Source: an uncultured bacterium (GTDB lineage: Bacteria; Margulisbacteria; WOR-1; CAVSGV01). From it: a stretch of 32,000 nucleotides of DNA. Below are positions 8,468-16,867 of this stretch, in pieces. The notes under the pieces were generated by a model. It was not told the DNA's origin, ran no database searches, and worked only from the letters and a program-made list of their open reading frames with translations. Made by a program: the position numbers and the translations under genes. Every line of letters starts with the position of its first letter. Position 1 is the stretch's first letter. The stretch lies in contig OY969425.1 in NCBI GenBank assembly GCA_963699255.1, forward strand, positions 120,001-152,000, given 5' to 3'.

Positions 8468-10827
8468 AGATACCTCTGCAATGGCTTAAAGAATATATAA
8501 AAGTGGACCTGAAGCCGCAGTCACTCGCGGATAAGATCACTATGGCGGGGCTGGAGGTCGGGGCGATAGAGTATCACGGGAAGAACATTTCTAATGTCGT
8601 GGTCGGCAAGGTCAAGACGGTGGAGCGACACGCGACAAAACCCGAGATCCTTATCTGCCAGGTTGATACCGGAGCCAAGATACTTCAGATAGTTACCAAG
8701 GCAAAGAACGTCAAAGTGGGAGACAAGATCCCTGTCGCGTTGCATGGGGCAACGCTGCCGACGGGAATGAAGATACAGAACAGGGAACTTCACGGCGTCG
8801 AATCTTTCGGGATGCTTTGTTCGGAAGCGGAACTCGGGCTTTCCGACGCCGCAGAGGGGATTTTGATCCTGGATAAAGACTCAGCTGTTGGAGAGGATAT
8901 AAGAAAAATCCTGGGCATTGGCGGAGCTGTTCTGGACATAGATGTATTGCCCAACAGGATAGATATCTTATCCATTATCGGGGTTGCCAGGGAGATCGGC
9001 GCGATACTGAACAAAAAGATAAAGGTACCTTCGGTCAGCGTCAAAGAATCAGAAGGATCGGCAAAGAAAGCGGCAAAGATCTCCATAAAAAATATGGATC
9101 TTTGCCCCCGGTACATGGCGAGGATAATAAAGGGCGTCTCGATAAAGCCTTCTCCTGAATGGATACAGGAAAGGCTGACCGCCTGCGGCATGAGGCCGAT
9201 CAATAATATCGTTGATATAACGAACTATGTGCTTCTGGAGATGGGGCAGCCTCTCCATGCATTTGACCTTAATCTGCTGAAAGATAGAACAGTGATCGTC
9301 AGAAAAGCCGAAAAAGGTGAAAAGATGGTGACGATTGACGGCGAAAAAAGAGAAATAGGCGGATGCCTTGTTATAGCCGACTCTCAAAAAGCCGTGGCTG
9401 TGGCAGGGGTAATGGGGGGAGCGGAAACGGAGGTCAATGACCTGACAAAGGACATTCTTCTTGAATCGGCTTTCTTTGATCCGAAGACGATCCACAGTGC
9501 GGAAAAACGCCTGAAGTTAAGAACAGAGGCTTCGATCAGGTTCGACAGGGGAGTGGATTGGAACGGAGTTGAGACAGCCCTCGACAGGGCTGCCGATCTT
9601 ATGGCGCAGCTGTCGGGAGGCAAGGTCCTGGCCGGCAAGATAGATATTAAGGCAAAGGACCGCAAGCCGAAGATCGTGACTTTAAGGTTAAAAAGGGTGA
9701 ATGATATTTTAGGAACCGATCTGAAGCTTTCAGAGATCAAAGCCATACTTGACAGGCTTGGATTTAAGATCAGCGGGTCAAAAGTTGAAGTACCGCTGTT
9801 CCGTGCCGGCGACATTGAAAGGGAGATCGACATTATTGAGGAGATCGCAAGGATATACGGCTATGAGAAGATACCGGTAACCCTTCCTGACCTGAAGATA
9901 AAAAGCATTAAGGGCGTTCCCGGGGACCAGATCAAAAGAATAAAGACGATCCTGGTCGACGCGGGATTGAATGAAACTATCAGTTATTCAATGCTGCCGC
10001 CGGCGGAAGTGAACATCGGGGAGCCGCACGGAGAATCCATCAGGATATTGAACCCCATATCGGAGGACCTGTCCGTTATGAGAAAAGCGATCATTCCAAG
10101 CCTCCTCAAAGTTTTGACCTTCAACCTGAACAGGCAGATCGAAGATGTGAACATTTTCGAGGTTGGAAAGATCTTTTACAGGGACAACAAAGGGGTGAAC
10201 ATCGAGAGAACGGAACTCGGAGCGGTCTTATTCGGCAAAAGAAGTTACCGATATGAGGGAGGGAAGGAAAATATCGACTTCTTCCAGGTTAAAAAGATCG
10301 TTGAGGATGTATTAGCGTATCTGGGCGTAAGTTATGAGATCAAAGAAAATATCCTGCCGGGCTATCATCCCAGCAAATCAGCAGCTATTTATAAGAACGG
10401 AAAAACCATAGGCGTTTTCGGGGAGCTTCATCCGGATATCGCAGCGAGCCTGGGCCTTGATAAACCCGTGCACGTTCTTTCCTTGGACCTTGATGCAGTG
10501 CTGAACATTAAAAAGCTGCCTCCCAAATACAGAGAGATCCCGTCATATCCTGCCGTTAGGCGTGATATAGCAATGGTAGTTCCTTACGGCGTTACCCACA
10601 GAGCCATTATGGACGAGATAAAGGCTTCAGGCGGCGAGCTTGTGGAGGAAGTGGTCCTGTTCGACAAATATGAAGGCAGCCAGATAGAGAAAGGCTATTA
10701 CAGCCTCGCTTACTCCGTAACATACCGCAACTACGGCCGAACGCTGACCGTAGAAGAAGTCAACGCAAAACATGAGGAAATATCACAGAACCTGGCCGAT
10801 AAGCTCGCCGTAAAAGTGCGAAAATAG
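8464..10827 (+). CDS. pheT: Phenylalanyl-tRNA synthetase beta subunit
   Basis: MKIPLQWLKEYI, tRNA-binding-like domain, PNRIDILSIIGVAREIGA, FDRGVDWNGVETALDRA, C-terminal anticodon-binding domain (YPAVRRDIAMVVP). ATGA overlap with pheS. Confidence 0.97.
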   Translation: MKIPLQWLKEYIKVDLKPQSLADKITMAGLEVGAIEYHGKNISNVVVGKVKTVERHATKPEILICQVDTGAKILQIVTKAKNVKVGDKIPVALHGATLPTGMKIQNRELHGVESFGMLCSEAELGLSDAAEGILILDKDSAVGEDIRKILGIGGAVLDIDVLPNRIDILSIIGVAREIGAILNKKIKVPSVSVKESEGSAKKAAKISIKNMDLCPRYMARIIKGVSIKPSPEWIQERLTACGMRPINNIVDITNYVLLEMGQPLHAFDLNLLKDRTVIVRKAEKGEKMVTIDGEKREIGGCLVIADSQKAVAVAGVMGGAETEVNDLTKDILLESAFFDPKTIHSAEKRLKLRTEASIRFDRGVDWNGVETALDRAADLMAQLSGGKVLAGKIDIKAKDRKPKIVTLRLKRVNDILGTDLKLSEIKAILDRLGFKISGSKVEVPLFRAGDIEREIDIIEEIARIYGYEKIPVTLPDLKIKSIKGVPGDQIKRIKTILVDAGLNETISYSMLPPAEVNIGEPHGESIRILNPISEDLSVMRKAIIPSLLKVLTFNLNRQIEDVNIFEVGKIFYRDNKGVNIERTELGAVLFGKRSYRYEGGKENIDFFQVKKIVEDVLAYLGVSYEIKENILPGYHPSKSAAIYKNGKTIGVFGELHPDIAASLGLDKPVHVLSLDLDAVLNIKKLPPKYREIPSYPAVRRDIAMVVPYGVTHRAIMDEIKASGGELVEEVVLFDKYEGSQIEKGYYSLAYSVTYRNYGRTLTVEEVNAKHEEISQNLADKLAVKVRK

Positions 10828-10836
10828 AAGGGCTCG

Positions 10837-10855
10837 CCCCAACGAAATGTCGGGG
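10837..10855. repeat. Short intergenic hairpin between pheT and mutS
   Basis: CCCCAAC-GAAAT-GTCGGGG, one mismatch in the stem. Confidence 0.45.
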
Positions 10856-10869
10856 TGACGATTAAGGTT

Positions 10870-13362
10870 ATGAATACTACAGAGACCGTTACTCCTATGG
10901 TCAAGCAATATCAAGATATCAAATCCCGTCACAAGGATGCCATCTTGTTCTTCAGACTGGGCGACTTCTACGAGATGTTCTATGACGACGCAAAGATCGC
11001 TTCCCGTGAGCTTGCGTTAACGCTCACAGGCAGGGGAGAAGGCGAAAAAAGGATGCCCATGTGCGGCGTTCCTTATCACGCAGCCGACAATTATATTTCA
11101 AAGCTCCTTGGAAAAGGTTATAAGGTCGCCATCTGCGACCAGGTGGAGGATCCCAGGCTCGCAAAAGGCATAGTGAAACGGGAGATCATTAAAGTGATAA
11201 CGCCCGGCACTGTGCAGGAAAGCAAAATGCTTGATGAAAGGTCGAGCAATTTCCTTCTCGCGATCTCTTTTCAGAAAAACGAATCCGGCATAGCTTACAT
11301 AGACGCCACGACGGGGGAGTTCAAGGTCACAACGTTCCCCAAGGCAAAAGGCATTGATGACATTATCGAAGAAATCAAAAGGATCGCGCCATCGGAGGTG
11401 CTCGTTCCCGACCTTATTCCCGAGGAAGCGTCTTACCTTTCCGAGAACCTTAAAGCAGCGGGGTACTCATTGTCGGATTATAAGGATATCTATGATGTTG
11501 AAACGGCTAAAAAAAGATTGAAAGAACATTTCAGCGTCTCATCGCTCGAGAGTTTCGGCCTCTCCGGTTTTGAGGCGGCTTACGGCGCGGCTTCCGCTAT
11601 CCTTGAATATTTGAAGCAGACGCAAAAGGGAGCGCTTGCGCACGTCAATAAGATCCAGCCTTATAAGATCGGCGATTTCATGTACATCGATTCATCAACA
11701 AGGAAGAACCTTGAACTGCTGTTGAACGTAAGGGACAGATCGGAAGAAGGAAGCCTCTTATGGGCGCTGGACCGGACATCAAGCGCGATGGGAAGCAGGC
11801 TGCTGAAAAAATGGATATCCCAGCCGCTTCTTGACATAAAGGAGATAGATCTCAGGCTTGATGCTGTTGAAGAGCTGTCAGGCGATCTGCTTCTGCGAGA
11901 AGAGCTTTCTAAACATCTGCTGTCCGTTTTCGACATTGAAAGGCTCACGGGGCGGGTAGCCTCGCAGGCGGCGAACGCAAGGGACCTGATCGCGCTGAAA
12001 GAATCGCTAGCGTATCTCCCCAAGATCAAGCTCGCCCTGAAAAGCTGCAGATCCGCGGTGATCGGCAAAGTGAAAGAGCTCAACGAGCAGTCGGAAGTCG
12101 TGGATCTGATCGATAGGGCCATAAATCCCGATCCTCCCCACACATTAAAAGAAGGCAACTTGATAAAAAAAGGCTTTAACGAAGAACTGGATAAAATAAT
12201 AGAAATGACGCAGGGCAACAAAGAATGGATCTCGCAGCTGGAACTTCAAGAGAGACAGCGCACTGGCATCAAGTCCCTGAAAGTCGGATTTACGTCCGTG
12301 TTCGGGTATTATATAGAGGTTTCAAAGGCCAATCTGGGATCGGTGCCGGCGGATTACATCAGAAAACAGACACTGGTCAATTGCGAAAGATTTATCACTC
12401 CATCCCTTAAGGAGAGGGAAGCTCTCATACTTAATGCTCAAGAGAAGATGTGCGTCCTTGAATACGACATTTTTATTGAGGTCAGAGATCGACTGTCCTC
12501 GCACACAAAAGACCTTCAGGTGATCTCGCAGGCGCTGGCACAGCTCGATGTCCTCCTTTCTTTTGCGTCAGTTGCAGCTGAGAAGAAATATTCAAGGCCT
12601 GTCCTTGGGGTTAGCGGCGGGATCCATATAAAGAACGGCCGTCATCCGGTGGTGGAGGCGACCCTTGGGATGAACACGTTCGTGCCCAACGATACCGATA
12701 TGGATCCGGATACAAGCCGCTTTGTCTTGATAACCGGGCCGAACATGGCGGGCAAATCAACTTACATGCGCCAGGTTTCCCTTATCTGTTTGATGGCGCA
12801 GATCGGTTCTTTTGTCCCCGCGGATTCCGCCGGACTTCCCGTCATTGACAGGATCTTCACCAGGATCGGGGCGATGGATGACATTTTTGCCGGGCAGTCA
12901 ACGTTCATGGTGGAGATGACGGAAACCGCGAACATCATAAATAATGCCACATCGAGAAGCCTCATAATACTCGACGAGATCGGCAGGGGGACTTCAACCT
13001 TCGACGGCATGTCGATCGCCGCATCGGTCGCCGAATTCATTCATACAAAAATAAAAGCATACACCCTTTTTGCGACGCACTATCACGAAATAACCCAGCT
13101 CGCGGACAAGCATCCCGGGATGAAAAACCTGAACACTCTTGTTAAGAAAGAGGGGGACAAGGTCATATTCCTCCACAAGATCGTTGATGGATCCGCGGAC
13201 CAGTCGTATGGCATAGAGGTCGCGAAGCTTGCCGGTCTTCCGGAAGTTGTTATCACAAGGGCAAAAGAGATATATAATACTCTTGAGATGGTGGAGCAGG
13301 ACGTCGCTAAGGTGCCAAAGGGCAGGCGTGCCGGCAAACAGGATCAAATGGGTTTGTTCTGA
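10870..13362 (+). CDS. mutS: DNA mismatch repair protein MutS
   Basis: ILFFRLGDFYEMFYDDA, Walker A GPNMAGKSTYMRQ, Walker B IILDEIGRGTSTFDGMSIA, FATHYHEIT. The supplied ORF starts at GTG 10855; in-frame ATG at 10870 looks more natural. Confidence 0.96.
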   Translation: MNTTETVTPMVKQYQDIKSRHKDAILFFRLGDFYEMFYDDAKIASRELALTLTGRGEGEKRMPMCGVPYHAADNYISKLLGKGYKVAICDQVEDPRLAKGIVKREIIKVITPGTVQESKMLDERSSNFLLAISFQKNESGIAYIDATTGEFKVTTFPKAKGIDDIIEEIKRIAPSEVLVPDLIPEEASYLSENLKAAGYSLSDYKDIYDVETAKKRLKEHFSVSSLESFGLSGFEAAYGAASAILEYLKQTQKGALAHVNKIQPYKIGDFMYIDSSTRKNLELLLNVRDRSEEGSLLWALDRTSSAMGSRLLKKWISQPLLDIKEIDLRLDAVEELSGDLLLREELSKHLLSVFDIERLTGRVASQAANARDLIALKESLAYLPKIKLALKSCRSAVIGKVKELNEQSEVVDLIDRAINPDPPHTLKEGNLIKKGFNEELDKIIEMTQGNKEWISQLELQERQRTGIKSLKVGFTSVFGYYIEVSKANLGSVPADYIRKQTLVNCERFITPSLKEREALILNAQEKMCVLEYDIFIEVRDRLSSHTKDLQVISQALAQLDVLLSFASVAAEKKYSRPVLGVSGGIHIKNGRHPVVEATLGMNTFVPNDTDMDPDTSRFVLITGPNMAGKSTYMRQVSLICLMAQIGSFVPADSAGLPVIDRIFTRIGAMDDIFAGQSTFMVEMTETANIINNATSRSLIILDEIGRGTSTFDGMSIAASVAEFIHTKIKAYTLFATHYHEITQLADKHPGMKNLNTLVKKEGDKVIFLHKIVDGSADQSYGIEVAKLAGLPEVVITRAKEIYNTLEMVEQDVAKVPKGRRAGKQDQMGLF

Positions 13363-13377
13363 AAGGGAGGCAGGATC

Positions 13378-14553
13378 ATGAGGACAAGCAAAGGGAATCT
13401 GCTCATAACTTTTATTTTACTGGTCGCTTTAAGCATAACCGTATTCTCCTATATTTATTTGATCAGCTTCAGGATTAAGGACACGGGGATAAAAGTTTCC
13501 GAATTTGATTCTTTCTATGCTGCTGATGCCGGGCTCAATAAAGCCATATGGTATCTGGGTACGCCGACAGGCCAGGGCGGCAAAGGAATGACTTGGAGAA
13601 CTACCAGCAGCTGGGAGTCATTTGGCAGGGGAGGTTATTACATAACGGTCATGAATTATGTCTCTGGCGAAGTGATGATAATTTCGACGGGAGAGGTTGG
13701 AGGGATAGCGAAAACTGTTTCCCAGGCGATAAGCACGGGAGGGCTCCCTCTTGCTTTTGATTATTCTGTTTTCTGCAACAGCACGGCGTCTTTGAGCGGC
13801 AACACTATAGTGGACGGCGATATGTATGTGAACGGGAACACGACACTCAGCGGGAATACGCATGTTCAGAATGGTCTCCTTGATCATCCAACCGGGACTA
13901 CCATCTCACATTCGGGGAACGTCACATATACTGACGGCGGGCAGCCGGATCCCGCGCCATCATTTCCCGTGATAGATACATCTTATTATAATAACCTGAT
14001 CAATCTTGCCAAGAGCGCACCTTCCGGCAATGTTTCATACAGTAATTCGACAACGAACCTGAACGGCGGGATAGTTTATGTTCATGGAAATGTGACAATT
14101 TCGGGCAACACGACCTTCAATGGTCCCGGGACCGTGGTCGCTTCGGGTACGATCTCATTATCCGGAAATACATACAGCAGCGGCTCTGTCACATTTATAT
14201 CCGCGGGACAGACAAGTCTCACAGGTAATACATACACGAACGGAGCGGTATATTACAGTTCAACCTCTCTGTCCGCTTCCGGCAATACCAGAGTGAGCGT
14301 TGGCGGATTCCTTTCAGCCGGTTCAATCGTGCTGTCCGGAAATTTGAACATGTCCGGTCTGGTATATGCCCTGGGCAGTGTCGCTATGTCCGGCAACGGC
14401 CAGGTAACAGGTGCTATGGTCGCTTCTTCTGTGACAGGGCTTTCAGGTAACGCTCATGTGACTTATGACTCCAGTGTCCTGCCTTCCTCATCACCGATCG
14501 GATTTCCAAGTACTACGATGTCAGTATTAAAAGGATCATGGAAAGGAAATTGA
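13378..14553 (+). CDS. PilX-like secreted/pilus-assembly-type protein with a Gly/Ser/Asn/Thr-rich SGNT repeat domain
   Basis: Single N-terminal hydrophobic helix GNLLITFILLVALSITVFSYIYLISF followed by EFDSFYAADAGLNKAIWYL, typical of PilX-type minor pilin N-termini. Then repeated (L/I)SGNT...G motifs, suggesting a beta-solenoid. Confidence 0.6.
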   Translation: MRTSKGNLLITFILLVALSITVFSYIYLISFRIKDTGIKVSEFDSFYAADAGLNKAIWYLGTPTGQGGKGMTWRTTSSWESFGRGGYYITVMNYVSGEVMIISTGEVGGIAKTVSQAISTGGLPLAFDYSVFCNSTASLSGNTIVDGDMYVNGNTTLSGNTHVQNGLLDHPTGTTISHSGNVTYTDGGQPDPAPSFPVIDTSYYNNLINLAKSAPSGNVSYSNSTTNLNGGIVYVHGNVTISGNTTFNGPGTVVASGTISLSGNTYSSGSVTFISAGQTSLTGNTYTNGAVYYSSTSLSASGNTRVSVGGFLSAGSIVLSGNLNMSGLVYALGSVAMSGNGQVTGAMVASSVTGLSGNAHVTYDSSVLPSSSPIGFPSTTMSVLKGSWKGN

Positions 14554-14558
14554 AATAA

Positions 14559-16739
14559 TTGTCGAAAAAGCCCCTTAACATAGCTTTCGTCTGGCACATG
14601 CACCAGCCTTTCTATAAAGACCTTGTTACAGGCGAATATGTCCTTCCATGGGTCAGGCTGCACGCAATAAAGGACTACTACGATATGGTGGCCATCCTTG
14701 ATGATTTTAGCGGGATCAAGCAGACCTTTAACCTTGTGCCTTCTCTTCTTGAGCAGATCGAGGATTACGTTGGCGGAGGTGCCTCAGATAAACATCTGAA
14801 GATAACCCTCAAGAGCCCGGCGGACCTTTCATACGAGGACAAGGTATTCATGCTCCAGAACTTTTTCATGGCGAACTGGGAGACCATGGTCAACCCGTAT
14901 AAAAGGTATCTGGAGCTGCTGTTGAAGCGGGGAAGGTTCGTATCGCTGGATGAAATAAAAAAAGTGGCGCGGCGTTTTACGGACCAGGAGCTGATCGATC
15001 TTCAGGTATGGTTCAATCTCACGTGGTTCGGCAATATATATAAAACAAAGGATCCTGTCGTCAGAGCGTTGCTGGAGAAAGGCAGGAATTTCACCGGAGA
15101 GGATAAGGCTGCTTTGATCGGCAAGCAAAAGGAACTGATGGCTGCTGTTATCCCAAAATATAAGGAGATGCAGCAAAAAGGGCAGATCGAAATAACGGTG
15201 ACGCCTTATTTTCACCCCATACTTCCTCTTTTATTGGATACTAATTCAGCAAAAGTGGCATTACCATCAATTAAGCTGCCCGCATCCAGGTTCAGGCATC
15301 CTGAAGATGCGGCCTTCCAGGTCAATGAGGCCGTTAGGTACATGAAAGAACATTTCGGTTCGGCGCCTTCCGGCATGTGGCCGTCCGAGGGATCGGTTTC
15401 CGAGGATATATTGCCGATAATCTGCAGCGCCGGAATTAAATGGATAGCCACCGACGAGGAAATACTTATCAGGTCGCTGGGCAGAGCCGATGTCAAGGTA
15501 AGAGGGCTGCCCTCGCAGGAGCTTTTTAGCGCGTACAATCTGCGCAGGGAGGACTGTTCGCTTAACATCATTTTCAGGGACCACAACCTTTCGGATCTCA
15601 TTGGTTTTACATATTCGAAATGGGACAGCAGAGATGCTGTCTCCGATTTTATGACACATCTTAGCAACATCAGGGCATCGTTGCCGGATGACGGGAAAAA
15701 TTACCTTGTCAGCATAATTCTGGATGGCGAGAACGCATGGGAATATTACAAGAATAACGGCTGGGATTTCTTAAGCGGGCTGTATGAGAGGTTGTCAGGT
15801 GACAGCGATTTTAAGACCGTCAGAGTATGCGACTTTTTGGCGGAGAACCCGCCGGAGAGATCGCTCCCATATTTATTTTCAGGGTCATGGATAAATCATG
15901 ATTTCAGGGTCTGGATAGGGCACGATGAGGATAATAAAGCGTGGGATTATTTAAATAACGCAAGGATGGCGCTGGTGAGCTCAAACACGCAGGATAAGAC
16001 CGCGTGGAAAGAATTCTATGTGGCGGAAGGCAGCGACTGGTGCTGGTGGTTCGGTGACGACCACTCTTCGGAGAACGACGAAATATTCGATGCGCTTTAC
16101 AGGAAGCATCTGAAAAACATTTATCATCTGATCGGAAAACCCGCTCCGCAGTACCTTGATATTCCCATTAAACATATAACGACCATAAGGCCTACGAGAG
16201 AGCCCGCGTACACGATCAAACCTGTCCTGGATGGCGAGGTAACGAATTATTATGAGTGGTTGTCCGCCGGTTATTATGATATAGGAAAACTGAAAGGCGC
16301 AATGCACCAGGCTGAGACAGTGATCAAGGAGATCTATTACGGGTTTGATACGGATAATATGTATGTCCGACTTGATGTTGGATTTCCTTTAAGCGATCTG
16401 GAACTGAGGAGTTTCTCGTTCGCTCTTATTCTTCTGCACCCCCATCAGTATAAGATAAGCGCTTCATATAAAAAGGAAAAAGGGAAATTCGATCTTGATA
16501 TTTTCAAGCTCGAGGACGATCACTGGAGTTTTATGAAGACGATCGAATCGGTCGGAATAAATCGCATCGTGGAGGTGGCCGTTCCTTTTTCCGAGATCGC
16601 GGCTGGCCCGAATGACGAGATACAATTCGTTACCGCTGTGGAAAAGGACCATCAGGAGCTGGAGAGATGGCCGAGAGGTGGCAGTATTAATTTTTCCGTT
16701 CCCGCCCACGACTATGAAGAAAAACAATGGAGCGTGTAA
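14559..16739 (+). CDS. Glycoside hydrolase family 57 protein (alpha-amylase/amylopullulanase-like), TTG start
   Basis: IAFVWHMHQPFYKD, PVILPLL-type HPILPLLLD, GMWPSEGSVSEDILPIICSAGIKWIATDE, IILDGENAWEYY. Confidence 0.9.
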   Translation: MSKKPLNIAFVWHMHQPFYKDLVTGEYVLPWVRLHAIKDYYDMVAILDDFSGIKQTFNLVPSLLEQIEDYVGGGASDKHLKITLKSPADLSYEDKVFMLQNFFMANWETMVNPYKRYLELLLKRGRFVSLDEIKKVARRFTDQELIDLQVWFNLTWFGNIYKTKDPVVRALLEKGRNFTGEDKAALIGKQKELMAAVIPKYKEMQQKGQIEITVTPYFHPILPLLLDTNSAKVALPSIKLPASRFRHPEDAAFQVNEAVRYMKEHFGSAPSGMWPSEGSVSEDILPIICSAGIKWIATDEEILIRSLGRADVKVRGLPSQELFSAYNLRREDCSLNIIFRDHNLSDLIGFTYSKWDSRDAVSDFMTHLSNIRASLPDDGKNYLVSIILDGENAWEYYKNNGWDFLSGLYERLSGDSDFKTVRVCDFLAENPPERSLPYLFSGSWINHDFRVWIGHDEDNKAWDYLNNARMALVSSNTQDKTAWKEFYVAEGSDWCWWFGDDHSSENDEIFDALYRKHLKNIYHLIGKPAPQYLDIPIKHITTIRPTREPAYTIKPVLDGEVTNYYEWLSAGYYDIGKLKGAMHQAETVIKEIYYGFDTDNMYVRLDVGFPLSDLELRSFSFALILLHPHQYKISASYKKEKGKFDLDIFKLEDDHWSFMKTIESVGINRIVEVAVPFSEIAAGPNDEIQFVTAVEKDHQELERWPRGGSINFSVPAHDYEEKQWSV

Positions 16740-16760
16740 GATAGAGCGCTTTGATGCCTG

Positions 16761-16850
16761 GAACCTGCGACTAAACGTCGCGGTTCCAATTAGCTGGGTT
16801 TATTTTAGTATGATTTTAGGAGCCGAGGCGTTCAGCCCCAGGCTCCTAAA
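16761..16850. repeat. Two-hairpin intergenic element, copy B (hairpins at 16761-16786 and 16815-16850)
   Basis: GAACCTGCGAC-TAAAC-GTCGCGGTTC, and perfect outer arms TTTAGGAGCC (16815-16824)/GGCTCCTAAA (16841-16850). Near-identical cores to copy A at 1545-1649. Confidence 0.8.
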
Positions 16851-16867
16851 GGGTAGAAAGATAATAT

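Noticed and set aside
12762-13040. Antisense ORFs within mutS and similar long antisense ORFs across the window (e.g. 19013-19609, 24437-24907, 11661-12221)
   Set aside because: They lie opposite strongly supported coding genes, have no recognisable domain or SD, and are typical shadow ORFs.
13378-14553. CRISPR-like or tandem DNA repeats in the SGNT region
   Set aside because: The repeats are degenerate at DNA level, in frame, and explained by the protein repeat motif; no regular repeat/spacer structure.
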